This document shows, piece after piece, positions 8,264 through 17,459 of a DNA stretch of 64,000 bases (within the stretch, counting starts at the first letter, position 1; each line of letters starts with the position of its first letter). This DNA is from Bacillota bacterium (GTDB lineage Bacteria > Bacillota > Clostridia > DSM-8532). The stretch is taken from NCBI GenBank assembly GCA_023459915.1, contig JAEWSN010000170.1, positions 5,508 to 69,507 on the forward strand. Reading direction: 5' to 3'. Under the pieces are notes generated by a model. That model was not told the origin of the DNA and did no database searches. It saw only the letters and a program-made list of their open reading frames with translations. A program made the position numbers and the translations under genes.

Positions 8264-9430
8264 TCAAAGGCCGATGATTCGGCCAATCAACACCAGAATC
8301 ATGCTGCCGGCCACAACGGAACCCAGCTGGCCGGACACATTGGCGGCCACGGACTGCATGAGGATGAAGTTGGTGGGATCCTCGTCCTTGGCCATGCGCT
8401 GGATGACGCGGGAGGACATGGGGAAGGCGGAGATGCCGGCCGCGCCGACCATGGGATTGATTTTGTTTTTCAGGAACAGGTTGAGGAACTTGGCGAACAG
8501 CACGCCGCCCGCGGTGTCGAAGACGAAGGCGACCAGGCCCATCAGCATGATGAGCAGGGTTTCCCAGCGCAGGAAGGACGCGGCGCCCATGGTGGTGCCG
8601 ATGGTGATGCCCAGCAGCAGGGTGACCAGATTGGCCAGACTGGTCTGCGCGGTCTCGGAGAGCCGGTTGAGCACGCCGCATTCGCGCAGCAGGTTGCCGA
8701 ACATCAGCGCACCCACAAGCGCGACACTTTCCGGGGCGATGAAGCCGGCCACGGCGGTGATGAGAATGGGGAAGAGGATTTTTGCGGTCTTGGAAATTTT
8801 GCGCTGGTGGAAGTCCATCCGGATGAGCCGTTCGGACTTGGTGGTCAGCGCCTTGACAACCGGCGGCTGGATGATGGGCACCAGCGACATGTAGGAGTAG
8901 GCCGCGACCGTGATGGCCGCCACCATGCCGCGATCGAGCTTGAAGGCGTTGGCGACGAAGATGGAGGTGGGGCCGTCGGCCGCGCCGATGACGCCGATGG
9001 CGCCGGCTTCGGGCAGGTCGAAGCCCAGCAGCAGCGCCACCATCATGGTCGCGAAGATGCCGAACTGCGCGGCCGCGCCGAAGAAGAGCATCAGCGGGGT
9101 CTGGAACAGCGGCGCGAAGTCGATCATCGCGCCGACGGCGATGAAGATCAGCACGGGAAAGAGTTCGTTGGCGATGGTGTTTTCGTACAGGAATCCGAAG
9201 ACGCCGTCCTCTCCGGTGATGGTGTTCAGCGGAATGTTTGCCAGAATGGCGCCGAACCCGATGGGCAGCAGCAGGGCCGGTTCGTAGTCCTTCTTGATGG
9301 CCAGCCAGATGAGCACGCCGCCAATGACGAACATGATGATCATGCCGCCAAGGGAAAGGCCCAATTGGGAGGCGGTGCCGGAATCCCCGGAAATCAGCGC
9401 CTGGAACAAATCGGTCAGTTGCGAGAGCAT
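8264..9430 (-). CDS. Na+-translocating decarboxylase beta subunit (OadB/GcdB/MmdB family)
   Basis: ATG at 9430 (MLSQLTDLFQ...) follows AGGAGG. The polytopic sequence with ...GAADGPTSIFVA...INPMVGAAGISAFPMSSRV... is typical of the family. Confidence 0.9.
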   Translation of the reverse strand: MLSQLTDLFQALISGDSGTASQLGLSLGGMIIMFVIGGVLIWLAIKKDYEPALLLPIGFGAILANIPLNTITGEDGVFGFLYENTIANELFPVLIFIAVGAMIDFAPLFQTPLMLFFGAAAQFGIFATMMVALLLGFDLPEAGAIGVIGAADGPTSIFVANAFKLDRGMVAAITVAAYSYMSLVPIIQPPVVKALTTKSERLIRMDFHQRKISKTAKILFPILITAVAGFIAPESVALVGALMFGNLLRECGVLNRLSETAQTSLANLVTLLLGITIGTTMGAASFLRWETLLIMLMGLVAFVFDTAGGVLFAKFLNLFLKNKINPMVGAAGISAFPMSSRVIQRMAKDEDPTNFILMQSVAANVSGQLGSVVAGSMILVLIGRIIGL

Positions 9431-9533
9431 GATGTTTCCTCCTGTATCGCGGGGGGACATTGTGGGGGGAGATGTCATAAAACTTGCCAAAGGAAATAGT
9501 ATCACATGGCGGGGGGGTTCGTCATCGGGTCGA

Positions 9534-9562
9534 TTGTTCCAATCCGCCATCTGTGCCATAAT
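9534..9562 (+). promoter_or_regulatory. candidate promoter of the exonuclease-dNTPase-dnaG-rpoD operon
   Basis: TTGTTC (9534-9539), 17-nt spacer, then CATAAT (9557-9562). Confidence 0.4.
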
Positions 9563-9609
9563 CATGGGAGACCCGGACACATCCGGGCAGGGCGCACCAA
9601 GGAGGGCAC

Positions 9610-10125
9610 ATGCAGGGAATTCCCGGCAGTTTTGTGGCGTTCGATCTGGAAACCACCGGATTGAGGCCCGTTTACAATCAAATCATTGAAATCGGCGCGG
9701 TCAAGGTCATCGACGGACGCATCACGGAAACGTGGGAGCGGCTTGTCCATCCGGGCTGCCTCATTCCACCGGACATCACGCGGCTCACCGGCATCACCGA
9801 CGACATGGTGCGCGGCGCGGGCATGGTGGAGCAGGTTCTGCCGGACTTTTTCGATTTTGTGGCCGACCTGCCCCTGGCCGCGCACAACATCCGGTTCGAC
9901 ATGGGCTTTTTGCAGGCGGATGCCCGTCGCATGGGCCATACCGTGGGAAATCCCTGTGTGGACACCGTCCCGATTGCCAGACACTGCTTCCCCGGTCTCA
10001 TCAACCACAAGCTGGGCACTGTGGCGCGGCATCTCGGGGTGCTCGGGGACGCGGAGCACCGGGGCCTTGCGGACGCCACCGTGGTGGCCCGCATCATGCT
10101 GCACGCCCTCACGGGACCGCGTTGA
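9610..10125 (+). CDS. DnaQ/epsilon-like 3'-5' exonuclease
   Basis: Exo I (FVAFDLETTGL), Exo II (LAAHNIRFDMGFL) and Exo III (HRGLADA) motifs are present. AAGGAGGG RBS. Confidence 0.85.
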   Translation: MQGIPGSFVAFDLETTGLRPVYNQIIEIGAVKVIDGRITETWERLVHPGCLIPPDITRLTGITDDMVRGAGMVEQVLPDFFDFVADLPLAAHNIRFDMGFLQADARRMGHTVGNPCVDTVPIARHCFPGLINHKLGTVARHLGVLGDAEHRGLADATVVARIMLHALTGPR

Positions 10126-10134
10126 CGGGCACCC

Positions 10135-10171
10135 GGGGTCAGACCCCGGTGACGTACTGGGGTCTGACCCC
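10135..10171. repeat. REPIN-like palindrome pair: GGGGTCAGACCCC, 11 nt, GGGGTCTGACCCC
   Basis: The copies are at 10135-10147 and 10159-10171, with the 11-nt spacer GGTGACGTACT. Together they can form a perfect 13-bp hairpin. The pair lies between the exonuclease stop (10125) and the dNTPase start (10192). The same architecture occurs at 33324-33360 and 55566-55602. Confidence 0.9.
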
Positions 10172-10191
10172 CGGTGACATAAGGAGGAACC

Positions 10192-11193
10192 ATGGGTATC
10201 CGTGAAATGCTGGAACAAACGGAACAGCGCACGCTCGGCGAGTTTGCCATGCTCAGCGCCCGCAGCCGGGGTCGGGAGATCCCAGAGCCGCCCTGCGAGA
10301 TGCGGACCGCCTTTCAGCGTGACCGCGACCGCATCCTGTATGCCAAGGCGTTCCGCCGGCTCAAGCACAAAACCCAGGTGTTCATCTCTCCGGAGGGAGA
10401 CCATTACCGAACGCGCCTCACCCACACCCTGGAGGTCTCCCAGATCGCCAGAACCATCGCCAGGAGCCTGCGGCTCAACGAGGATCTGGTGGAGGCCATA
10501 TCGCTGGGGCACGATCTGGGGCACACGCCGTTCGGGCACGCGGGCGAGCGCGTGCTGGCCAACATCTGTCCGCTCGGGTTCCGGCACAACGAGCAGAGTG
10601 CCCGGGTCATTGAAATCCTGGAAAAGGATCGCAAGGGCCTGAACCTGACCTGGGAGGTCCGGAACGGCATCCGCTGCCACACCGGGCCGGAGCGGGCCGC
10701 CACCCTCGAGGGGCGGATTGTGAAGTTCGCGGACCGCATCGCCTACATCAATCACGACATCGAGGATGCCATTCTGGGCGGCGTCCTTTCCGAGGCCGAC
10801 ATTCCCAAATCCTGTGTGGACATACTCGGCGACACCTCCTCCACCCGCATCAACACCATGATCACCAGCCTGGTGCACGCCAGCGCGGGCAAAAACGAAA
10901 TCCTCATGGCGCCGCAGGTGCAGGAGGCCACCGACAAGCTGCGGAGCTTCATGTTCGAGCGCGTGTATGTGGGGTCCATCGCCAAGAAGGAGGAGGCCAA
11001 GGCGGAACAGCTGGTTTCCATCATCTACGAGACGCTGGTGCGGCATCCCGAGCTGCTGCCGCGTGACGATTTTGCCGCGATTGCCAAAGAAGGCCTCCAC
11101 CGCGTGGTCTGCGACTATGTCGCGGGCATGACCGATCCATTCGCGGTCCGCTTTTTCAGGGAACAATTTCTGCCAAAATCCTGGAATGGATAA
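10192..11193 (+). CDS. dGTPase-like dNTP triphosphohydrolase (HD domain)
   Basis: RTAFQRDRDRILYAKAFRRLKHKTQVF...YRTRLTHTLEVSQIAR...LGHDLGHTPFGHAGE. AAGGAGG RBS. Confidence 0.9.
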   Translation: MGIREMLEQTEQRTLGEFAMLSARSRGREIPEPPCEMRTAFQRDRDRILYAKAFRRLKHKTQVFISPEGDHYRTRLTHTLEVSQIARTIARSLRLNEDLVEAISLGHDLGHTPFGHAGERVLANICPLGFRHNEQSARVIEILEKDRKGLNLTWEVRNGIRCHTGPERAATLEGRIVKFADRIAYINHDIEDAILGGVLSEADIPKSCVDILGDTSSTRINTMITSLVHASAGKNEILMAPQVQEATDKLRSFMFERVYVGSIAKKEEAKAEQLVSIIYETLVRHPELLPRDDFAAIAKEGLHRVVCDYVAGMTDPFAVRFFREQFLPKSWNG

Positions 11194-11226
11194 AAAGGAT
11201 ATTCGCGTTGCGCGTCGAATATGCCT

Positions 11227-11304
11227 GTTGGGTTCATGAATGCCACGAACGCCCGGACCGGGTGGCGTGTGGGTTCATGAACCACGGGAACACCCGGATT
11301 GGCA
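11227..11304. repeat. roughly 38-40-nt direct duplication upstream of dnaG
   Basis: GTTGGGTTCATGAATGCCACGAACGCCCGGACC... and GTGTGGGTTCATGAACCACGGGAACACCCGGATT... lie head to tail. Confidence 0.7.
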
Positions 11305-13104
11305 TGGAAAGGGCGCGGATTGCTGTATTCTGAGGAAATCATCGAAGAGGTTCGCATTCGCAACGACATCGTGGGCGTTGTGTCCGGATACGTGCACCTG
11401 GAGCGGCGGGGACGCCACCTCATGGGGCTTTGTCCGTTCCATGGCGAAAAAACACCTTCTTTTTCCGTTGATCCGACAAAACAGCTCTTCTACTGTTTTG
11501 GTTGTCAGCGGGGCGGGAATGTGTTCCATTTTCTCATGGGCATCGAAAATCTCGATTTCCCGGAGGCCCTGCGCCAGCTGGCCGATCGCGCGAACATCCA
11601 GCTCCCGGAATCCGAGGACGAGGGCGAACGCGAGCGCGCGCGGCTCAAAAAGGACATCATCAACCTCAACCGGGAGGCCGCGCGGTTTTTTTATGCCAGC
11701 CTGGCGGGGCCGCAGGGCCGGGAAGCCCAGCAGTACCTCATCCGGCGCGGGCTGGCGGAAAAGACCATCCGCGCGTTCGGCCTGGGGTTTGCGCCGGACA
11801 GCTGGGACGGGCTCATCCGCACCCTCCGGGAAAAGGGGGCCGCCGACACGCTCATCGAGCAGGCCGGCCTGAGCGTGCAGAGCCGCAACGGGCTCCTTGA
11901 CCGGTTCCGGAACCGGGTCATGTTTCCCATTTTCGACATCCGCGGCAACATTGTCGCGTTTGGCGGACGGGTCATGGAAAAGCTGGAGCCCAAATACCTC
12001 AATTCGCCGGAAACGGCGCTGTACAGCAAAAGCAGGGAGCTGTACGCCATGAATTTCGCCCGCCACGCATCAAGCAAGCGCCTGGTGATGGTGGAGGGGT
12101 ACATGGATGTGATTTCCCTGCATCAGGCGGGTGTGGACACCGCCATCGCCTCGCTGGGCACCGCGCTGACCCAGCAGCAGGTATGGGTGCTCAAGAAGTA
12201 TGCGGAGGAGGTCATCCTGGCCTATGATGCCGACGCGGCCGGGCAGAACGCCATCCTGCGGGGCATCGAGCTGCTGGAGGCGGCGGATGTGCCGGTGCGG
12301 GTGCTGCAGATTCCCGATGGCAAGGATCCGGACGAATATGTCCGGACGCATGGTGCCGACAAGTTCCGCCACCTGATGGATCAGGCCATGTCCGTGCTCT
12401 CCTTTCGCCTGCTGCTCAAGCAGCGGGCCAATCCGGGGCAGGAGGTGGCGGATCGGGTGGCCCTGCTCACCGGCATGGCCGAGGTTTTGGCCTCGCACGA
12501 GAACGCGATAGAGCGCGAGATGAACATTGCGCGCATTGCCGGGGAGTACCACGTGTCCGCCGACGCGCTGCGCACGGAGGTGGACAAGCGGTTGCGGCGG
12601 CGGGATCGGTCGGCGGGCACCAACCGCGTCTCCCTGTCCGCACAGCGGCCAAGAGGCGTTGTGGACGGACCGGCGAGGAACCGGTACGACGAGGGGGAGC
12701 TGCTCCTGCTGTGCCTGCTGGCAAACGAGAACCGGCTGTTCGAGGAACTGCTGCTGCGGATGCCGCTGGAACAGTACCGCGGCGTGGTGTCGACACCGGT
12801 GGCGCACAAGCTGTATGAACGGCTGCAAACCCGCCGTGAGGCCACCCTGGCGGAGCTCGTGAACGATTTGCCGCCGGATGCGGCCTCGGCCATGATTCAC
12901 ATGGCGCAGACGCGCGGCATGGTGGACGACGCGGATCGGGCCGTGGCGGATTTGCTCAGGCGGCTTGAGCGGCTGGCGCTCGAAGACCGCAAGCAATGGA
13001 TTTTGGAAAGCATCCGGTCTGAAACGGATGTGACACGCAGAAGTGAGTTGGGCGTGGAACTCAATCGGGTCATCACCCGCTTGTCAGAAGCAATAAAAGG
13101 GTAA
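11299..13104 (+). CDS. dnaG: DNA primase
   Basis: Zinc ribbon [36 protein letters not shown] and [19 protein letters not shown]...AYDADAAGQ. The start is uncertain: TTG at 11299 or TTG at 11320, and there is no clear RBS. Confidence 0.9.
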   Translation: MAWKGRGLLYSEEIIEEVRIRNDIVGVVSGYVHLERRGRHLMGLCPFHGEKTPSFSVDPTKQLFYCFGCQRGGNVFHFLMGIENLDFPEALRQLADRANIQLPESEDEGERERARLKKDIINLNREAARFFYASLAGPQGREAQQYLIRRGLAEKTIRAFGLGFAPDSWDGLIRTLREKGAADTLIEQAGLSVQSRNGLLDRFRNRVMFPIFDIRGNIVAFGGRVMEKLEPKYLNSPETALYSKSRELYAMNFARHASSKRLVMVEGYMDVISLHQAGVDTAIASLGTALTQQQVWVLKKYAEEVILAYDADAAGQNAILRGIELLEAADVPVRVLQIPDGKDPDEYVRTHGADKFRHLMDQAMSVLSFRLLLKQRANPGQEVADRVALLTGMAEVLASHENAIEREMNIARIAGEYHVSADALRTEVDKRLRRRDRSAGTNRVSLSAQRPRGVVDGPARNRYDEGELLLLCLLANENRLFEELLLRMPLEQYRGVVSTPVAHKLYERLQTRREATLAELVNDLPPDAASAMIHMAQTRGMVDDADRAVADLLRRLERLALEDRKQWILESIRSETDVTRRSELGVELNRVITRLSEAIKG

Positions 13105-13160
13105 ATACAGACAGTGGTGCCATATCTTTGGGGTATGGACAAGGGGAGAGGAAGTATTTC

Positions 13161-14693
13161 ATGGCGGAGACGACAAAAAAGCGCGCATCGACATCCAAAA
13201 AGGCGGCCCACAAGGAGCCCACGGTGGAACAGACCGCGGCGTTCGAGGCCGCGCTGGAGGCCGTGGCCAACAGCGGCCAGGCACAGGAGGAGGGCGGTTC
13301 GGCGCAGGCGCCCGAGGCGCAGGCCAGGGTGTCTGAAAAGCAGCCGCAGACAGGTGCCGCGGCATCCCGGGCGGCCGGCGGAAAAGGCGCGGCTGCCGGA
13401 AAAGACGCTGACGCTGGAAAAGATGCGGCCGCCGGAAAAGACGCTGACGCCGGAAAAGACGCGGCCGCCGAAACGACGGAAAAACCCGTGAAGAAAAAGG
13501 CGGACAAGAAAAAGCCCGCGGCGGGCAAGGACAAGCAGGCCAAACCGGAGACCGAAACGGGCGCGGAGGCTGCGCCGGCGGTCGACGGGCAGGTGCCGGC
13601 CGATCCCAAGACGGTGATGCTCAAGCTCATGGAAGAGGGAAAAGAGAAGGGGACGCTGACCTATCGGGAAATCGAGGAAGCGTTCGACCGGCTCGACATG
13701 ACCCCCGACCAGATTGAGAAGATCTATGAGGCCTTCGAGAAAATCGGGATTGATGTGGTGCCGGAGGTCTCCGATGACGACACCGACACCCCTGTTCTCG
13801 ACGAACCGGACATTGCCGGGGAGGATGAGCCGGAAACCATCGACATCTCCGTACCGGAGGGGGTCACCATTGACGACCCGGTCCGCATGTACCTCAAGGA
13901 AATCGGTAAGGTGCCGCTGTTGTCCAGCGAGGACGAAATCAGCCTTGCCCAGCGGATGGAGGAGGGCGACGAGGAAGCCAAGAAGCGTCTGGCCGAAGCC
14001 AACCTGCGCCTCGTGGTGTCCATTGCCAAGCGTTATGTGGGGCGCGGCATGCTGTTTCTCGACCTCATCCAGGAAGGCAACCTGGGCCTGATCAAGGCGG
14101 TGGAGAAGTTCAACTACCGCATGGGTTACAAGTTCAGCACCTATGCCACCTGGTGGATTCGTCAGGCCATCACCCGCGCCATCGCGGATCAGGCCCGCAC
14201 CATCCGCATTCCGGTGCACATGGTGGAAACCATCAACAAGCTCATCCGGGTTTCCCGCCAGCTGCTGCAGGAGCTGGGACGCGATCCCCTGCCCGAGGAA
14301 ATTGCCAAGGAAATGGGCATGACGGAGGAAAAGGTTCGTGAAATCATGAAGATTTCCCAGGAGCCGGTTTCCCTGGAAACGCCCATCGGCGAGGAGGAGG
14401 ACAGCCATCTCGGTGACTTCATCCCCGATGACGACGCGCCGGCGCCGGCGGAGTCCGCCGCGTTCACCCTGCTCAAGGAACAGCTCATCGATGTGCTCGA
14501 CACGCTGACCCCCCGCGAGGAAAAGGTGCTGCGGCTGCGGTTTGGTCTTGATGACGGCCGGGCGCGCACGCTGGAGGAGGTTGGCCGCGAGTTCAACGTC
14601 ACGCGGGAACGCATCCGGCAGATTGAGGCGAAGGCGCTGCGCAAATTGCGCCACCCCAGCCGCTCCAAGAAATTGAAGGATTTTCTGGACTGA
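13161..14693 (+). CDS. rpoD: primary RNA polymerase sigma factor
   Basis: ATG at 13161 follows an AGGGGAGAGGAAG RBS. Region 2 ([54 protein letters not shown]) and region 4.2 ([30 protein letters not shown]) are present. Confidence 0.95.
   Translation: MAETTKKRASTSKKAAHKEPTVEQTAAFEAALEAVANSGQAQEEGGSAQAPEAQARVSEKQPQTGAAASRAAGGKGAAAGKDADAGKDAAAGKDADAGKDAAAETTEKPVKKKADKKKPAAGKDKQAKPETETGAEAAPAVDGQVPADPKTVMLKLMEEGKEKGTLTYREIEEAFDRLDMTPDQIEKIYEAFEKIGIDVVPEVSDDDTDTPVLDEPDIAGEDEPETIDISVPEGVTIDDPVRMYLKEIGKVPLLSSEDEISLAQRMEEGDEEAKKRLAEANLRLVVSIAKRYVGRGMLFLDLIQEGNLGLIKAVEKFNYRMGYKFSTYATWWIRQAITRAIADQARTIRIPVHMVETINKLIRVSRQLLQELGRDPLPEEIAKEMGMTEEKVREIMKISQEPVSLETPIGEEEDSHLGDFIPDDDAPAPAESAAFTLLKEQLIDVLDTLTPREEKVLRLRFGLDDGRARTLEEVGREFNVTRERIRQIEAKALRKLRHPSRSKKLKDFLD
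13377..13466 (+). repeat. in-frame 18-nt x5 tandem repeat inside rpoD region 1
   Basis: The units GGCGGAAAAGGCGCGGCT / GCCGGAAAAGACGCTGAC / GCTGGAAAAGATGCGGCC / GCCGGAAAAGACGCTGAC / GCCGGAAAAGACGCGGCC encode (G/A)GK(G/D)A(A/D) repeats. Confidence 0.9.
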
Positions 14694-14761
14694 GACCATC
14701 CGTTGTTATTCGGACTGAGACCATTCATTGTTTTCCGGACTGAGACCATCCGTTGATCCGG
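14687..14761. repeat. 25-nt x3 tandem repeat starting inside the last rpoD codons
   Basis: GGACTGAGACCATCCGTTGTTATTC / GGACTGAGACCATTCATTGTTTTCC / GGACTGAGACCATCCGTTGATCC(G). Unit 1 contains the rpoD stop (TGA 14691-14693). Confidence 0.9.
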
Positions 14762-14771
14762 GACACGTCAA

Positions 14772-14800
14772 CCCCCGCCCCATTAGGGCGGGGGTTTTTT
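14772..14800 (+). terminator. rho-independent terminator of the rpoD operon
   Basis: CCCCCGCCC-CATTA-GGGCGGGGG followed by TTTTTT. Confidence 0.9.
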
Positions 14801-14824
14801 ATGTCAATCAAGCGTTGTGTTGTT

Positions 14825-14853
14825 TTGACGTTCGGTTTCACCGGGCATACGCT
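14825..14853 (+). promoter_or_regulatory. weak candidate promoter of the pilus-like operon
   Basis: TTGACG (14825-14830), 17-nt spacer, then TACGCT (14848-14853). Confidence 0.3.
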
Positions 14854-14889
14854 GTCACCATGGCCTGTGAGGGAAGAAGGGGTGGCGGC

Positions 14890-16011
14890 ATGGCATTGAC
14901 GTTGATGCTGATCGATTCGGATGAGGCGTATCGCAAGAAGCTGCGCGCATGGACGCGGGTGCACCCGGAGCTTGGGATGACCCTTGTGGACAGGGCGGAG
15001 GCGCCGCAGGGCACGAAGGAAGGGGACCGTGCGGCATTGCCCGCGGACACCGTGCTGCTGCTTGGTGTGCGGCACGCGCCGCTTCCGGCCCAATGGCCGC
15101 CAAGCGGGTCGCGGCTGGTGCTGCTCGAGGAGAACGGCACGGTGGCCACGCTTCCCGGATGCGCCGCTTCCGGCGGAGAATGGCCAATTCTCAGAAAGTA
15201 TCAGCCCGCCACCCAGTTTTTCCAGTCACTGCTGCAGGTGGCGGCCGAAAAGGGCTGGCACCTGCCCCATGTCCCCGACGCCGCGCGCTGCCGCATGACG
15301 GTGCTGCTTCATCCGGCGGGAAGCGTCCATCTGGCGCCCGTCCTGCCCGTGCTGGCCGCGCTGTGCGCCCGAAAGGCGGAGACGGCCATCCTCTCGTTGA
15401 ATGCGGCCATGGAGACCGGGTTCTGGTACGCGGGAGACACCGGCGGCGGGCTCACCCGCATGGCCTACGAGGCGCAGCGCGCGCCCCGGATCGGCATGGA
15501 AGCATTGCGCAGGTGCCTGGTCCGGGACGAGGGAACAGGCGTTCACGTCCTTCACTCCGCCGAGCTCCCGGAGGACGCAGCGGCATTGCGGGCGGATACG
15601 GTGGCGGGCACGCTGCAGGCGTGCGGGGAGCTGGGAATGGAAATGCTGCTGGTGGACGGCGGGGACATGCTGTCCGCGCGCAATCTCCAGCTGGCGCTGG
15701 CGGCGGACCAGGTGTTGTTTGTGCTGCCGGCGGATCTGTACGGCGCGCACATGATGGCGCGCGTTGTCCAGCTTGACGGGAGGCTCAGGCGCACGGGATC
15801 CGGCTGCTGGCGGGACAATCAGCCGGTGCGGTGGCTTTTCACGGGAACGGACATGCCGGCCATCCGCTGCGCGCTGCCCGCGACCCATGCGGTCAAACCC
15901 TTGCCGCCCGCATATCCGGACGGACCGGTGTCGGACGGGTGGGAGGTTTCGGACGCGTTTCTGCGAAGCCTGCACGCCTTGGTGCCCTTTTGCGGGAGGT
16001 GTGCGTCATGA
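14890..16011 (+). CDS. TadZ/CpaE-like protein (REC-like N-terminus plus ParA/MinD-like fold) lacking a Walker A motif
   Basis: ATG at 14890 follows GAAGAAGGGG. The N-terminus MALTLMLIDSDEAYRKKLRAWT is receiver-like. The centre has RMTVLLHPAGSVHLAPVLPVLAALCARK where TadZ/MinD proteins carry KGGxGK(T/S)T. Later, LLVDGG...ADQVLFVLPADLYG resembles the Walker B/switch region. The stop overlaps the cpaF start (ATGA). Confidence 0.5.
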   Translation: MALTLMLIDSDEAYRKKLRAWTRVHPELGMTLVDRAEAPQGTKEGDRAALPADTVLLLGVRHAPLPAQWPPSGSRLVLLEENGTVATLPGCAASGGEWPILRKYQPATQFFQSLLQVAAEKGWHLPHVPDAARCRMTVLLHPAGSVHLAPVLPVLAALCARKAETAILSLNAAMETGFWYAGDTGGGLTRMAYEAQRAPRIGMEALRRCLVRDEGTGVHVLHSAELPEDAAALRADTVAGTLQACGELGMEMLLVDGGDMLSARNLQLALAADQVLFVLPADLYGAHMMARVVQLDGRLRRTGSGCWRDNQPVRWLFTGTDMPAIRCALPATHAVKPLPPAYPDGPVSDGWEVSDAFLRSLHALVPFCGRCAS

Positions 16012-17447
16012 TGACGGAACAGGCGTTTCGCGACTGGATACGACAGCTGCGCAAGGCGGCGGCCGGGTTGGCGGCGGCGGCGCAGTGGGAGGAAGACGCA
16101 CCGCCGGCTGCGCGGCAGGGGTTGGCCGGCGAAGCCGCCGGCCTGGATGTGGAAAGCCTGCGGGACACGCGGCTGCGGGAAGACATCCAGGGGCTGATGC
16201 TCGCCCATCCGATGGCATGCGCCGCTTCCGCGGAGGAAAAGCACCAGGCGGTGGAGTCGGTGTTCAACGCCATGCGGCGGATGGACGTGCTCGAACCGCT
16301 GCTGCGCGATCCGGAGACCACCGAGATCATGGTCAACGGGCCGGATCATGTGTTTGTGGAGCGCCACGGCCGGCTTGAGCAGACCACGGTCCGGTTCGAC
16401 AGTCCGGATCGGCTGATGGAACTGATTCAGCATCTGGCGGCACGGGTCAATCGAAACGTCAACGAATCCGAGCCCATTGTGGACGCGCGGCTGGCGGACG
16501 GCTCCCGGCTCAATGCCGTTCTGCCGCCGGTGGCGCTCGACGGGCCGCTGCTGACCATCCGGCGATTCCCGGAGAGGCCGCCGGGCATGGCCGAGCTCAT
16601 TGCGTCCGGCTCGCTGACCGAGGAGGCGGCCAACTATCTTGGCGTTCTGGTGAAGGCGCGGTACAACCTGTTCATCTGCGGCGGCACCGGCAGCGGCAAA
16701 ACCACCTTTCTCAATGTGCTTTCCGGGTTCATTCCGGACACGGAGCGCATTGTGACCCTGGAGGATTCCGCGGAGCTGAAGCTGGCGGGCATCCGGAACC
16801 TGGCCCGGCTCGAAACGCGAAACGCCAACATGGAAGGCCGCGGGGAAATCACGATGCAGCAGCTGATCCGCACATCGCTGCGCATGCGGCCGGATCGCAT
16901 CATCGTGGGGGAGGTGCGCGGCGCGGAGGCATTCGACATGCTGCAGGCCATGAACACGGGGCACGACGGCTCCATGTCGACCGGGCATGCCAATTCTCCG
17001 GCCGACATGCTGTACCGGCTTGAAACCATGGTGTCCATGGCGGCCGCCATTCCGCTCGACGCCATTCGCCGGCAAATTGCGTCGGCGGTGGACATCATCA
17101 TCTTTCTGCAAAGGCTGCGCGACCATTCCCGCCGCGTGGTTGAAATAGCGGAAGTCACCACCTGCGGCGCAGACGGGATCACGCTGGTGCCGCTGTTCCG
17201 GTTTCAGGAGGGTGGGACGGATACGGCGCCGGGGCAACCGGGCACAGAGACAGGCGGGCCGGGTACGGCGGCACATGCGGCTGGCGGACTGGCGTGTGTC
17301 AGGGTTATGGGCGACCTGAAGCGAACCGGGGCAACGCTTGCCCGCGTGGAGAAGCTGAGGCTGCGCGGGCTTGCGCTGCCGGAGACCGAGGTGGCTACGG
17401 GTGCGACTGTCGAACGGACGGCAGCCGTGCGTGTGCCGGTGGCATGA
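16008..17447 (+). CDS. cpaF: CpaF/TadA-type secretion ATPase (VirB11/GspE superfamily)
   Basis: EIMVNGPDHVFVERHGRLE, Walker A GGTGSGKTTFLN, Walker B/Asp box RIVTLEDSAEL, RPDRIIVGEVRG, and His box TGHDGSMSTGHAN. GGGAGG RBS. Confidence 0.9.
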   Translation: MMTEQAFRDWIRQLRKAAAGLAAAAQWEEDAPPAARQGLAGEAAGLDVESLRDTRLREDIQGLMLAHPMACAASAEEKHQAVESVFNAMRRMDVLEPLLRDPETTEIMVNGPDHVFVERHGRLEQTTVRFDSPDRLMELIQHLAARVNRNVNESEPIVDARLADGSRLNAVLPPVALDGPLLTIRRFPERPPGMAELIASGSLTEEAANYLGVLVKARYNLFICGGTGSGKTTFLNVLSGFIPDTERIVTLEDSAELKLAGIRNLARLETRNANMEGRGEITMQQLIRTSLRMRPDRIIVGEVRGAEAFDMLQAMNTGHDGSMSTGHANSPADMLYRLETMVSMAAAIPLDAIRRQIASAVDIIIFLQRLRDHSRRVVEIAEVTTCGADGITLVPLFRFQEGGTDTAPGQPGTETGGPGTAAHAAGGLACVRVMGDLKRTGATLARVEKLRLRGLALPETEVATGATVERTAAVRVPVA

Positions 17448-17459
17448 AGGAGGAAGCGG

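Noticed and set aside
8057-9499. 480-aa plus-strand ORF
   Set aside because: It is antisense to the OadB-type membrane protein. It is a Gly/Asp/His/Arg-rich shadow ORF.
12897-14699. 600-aa minus-strand ORF
   Set aside because: It lies exactly antisense to rpoD, whose identity is unambiguous. It is Arg/Gly/Leu-rich low-complexity sequence, typical of shadow ORFs in GC-rich DNA.
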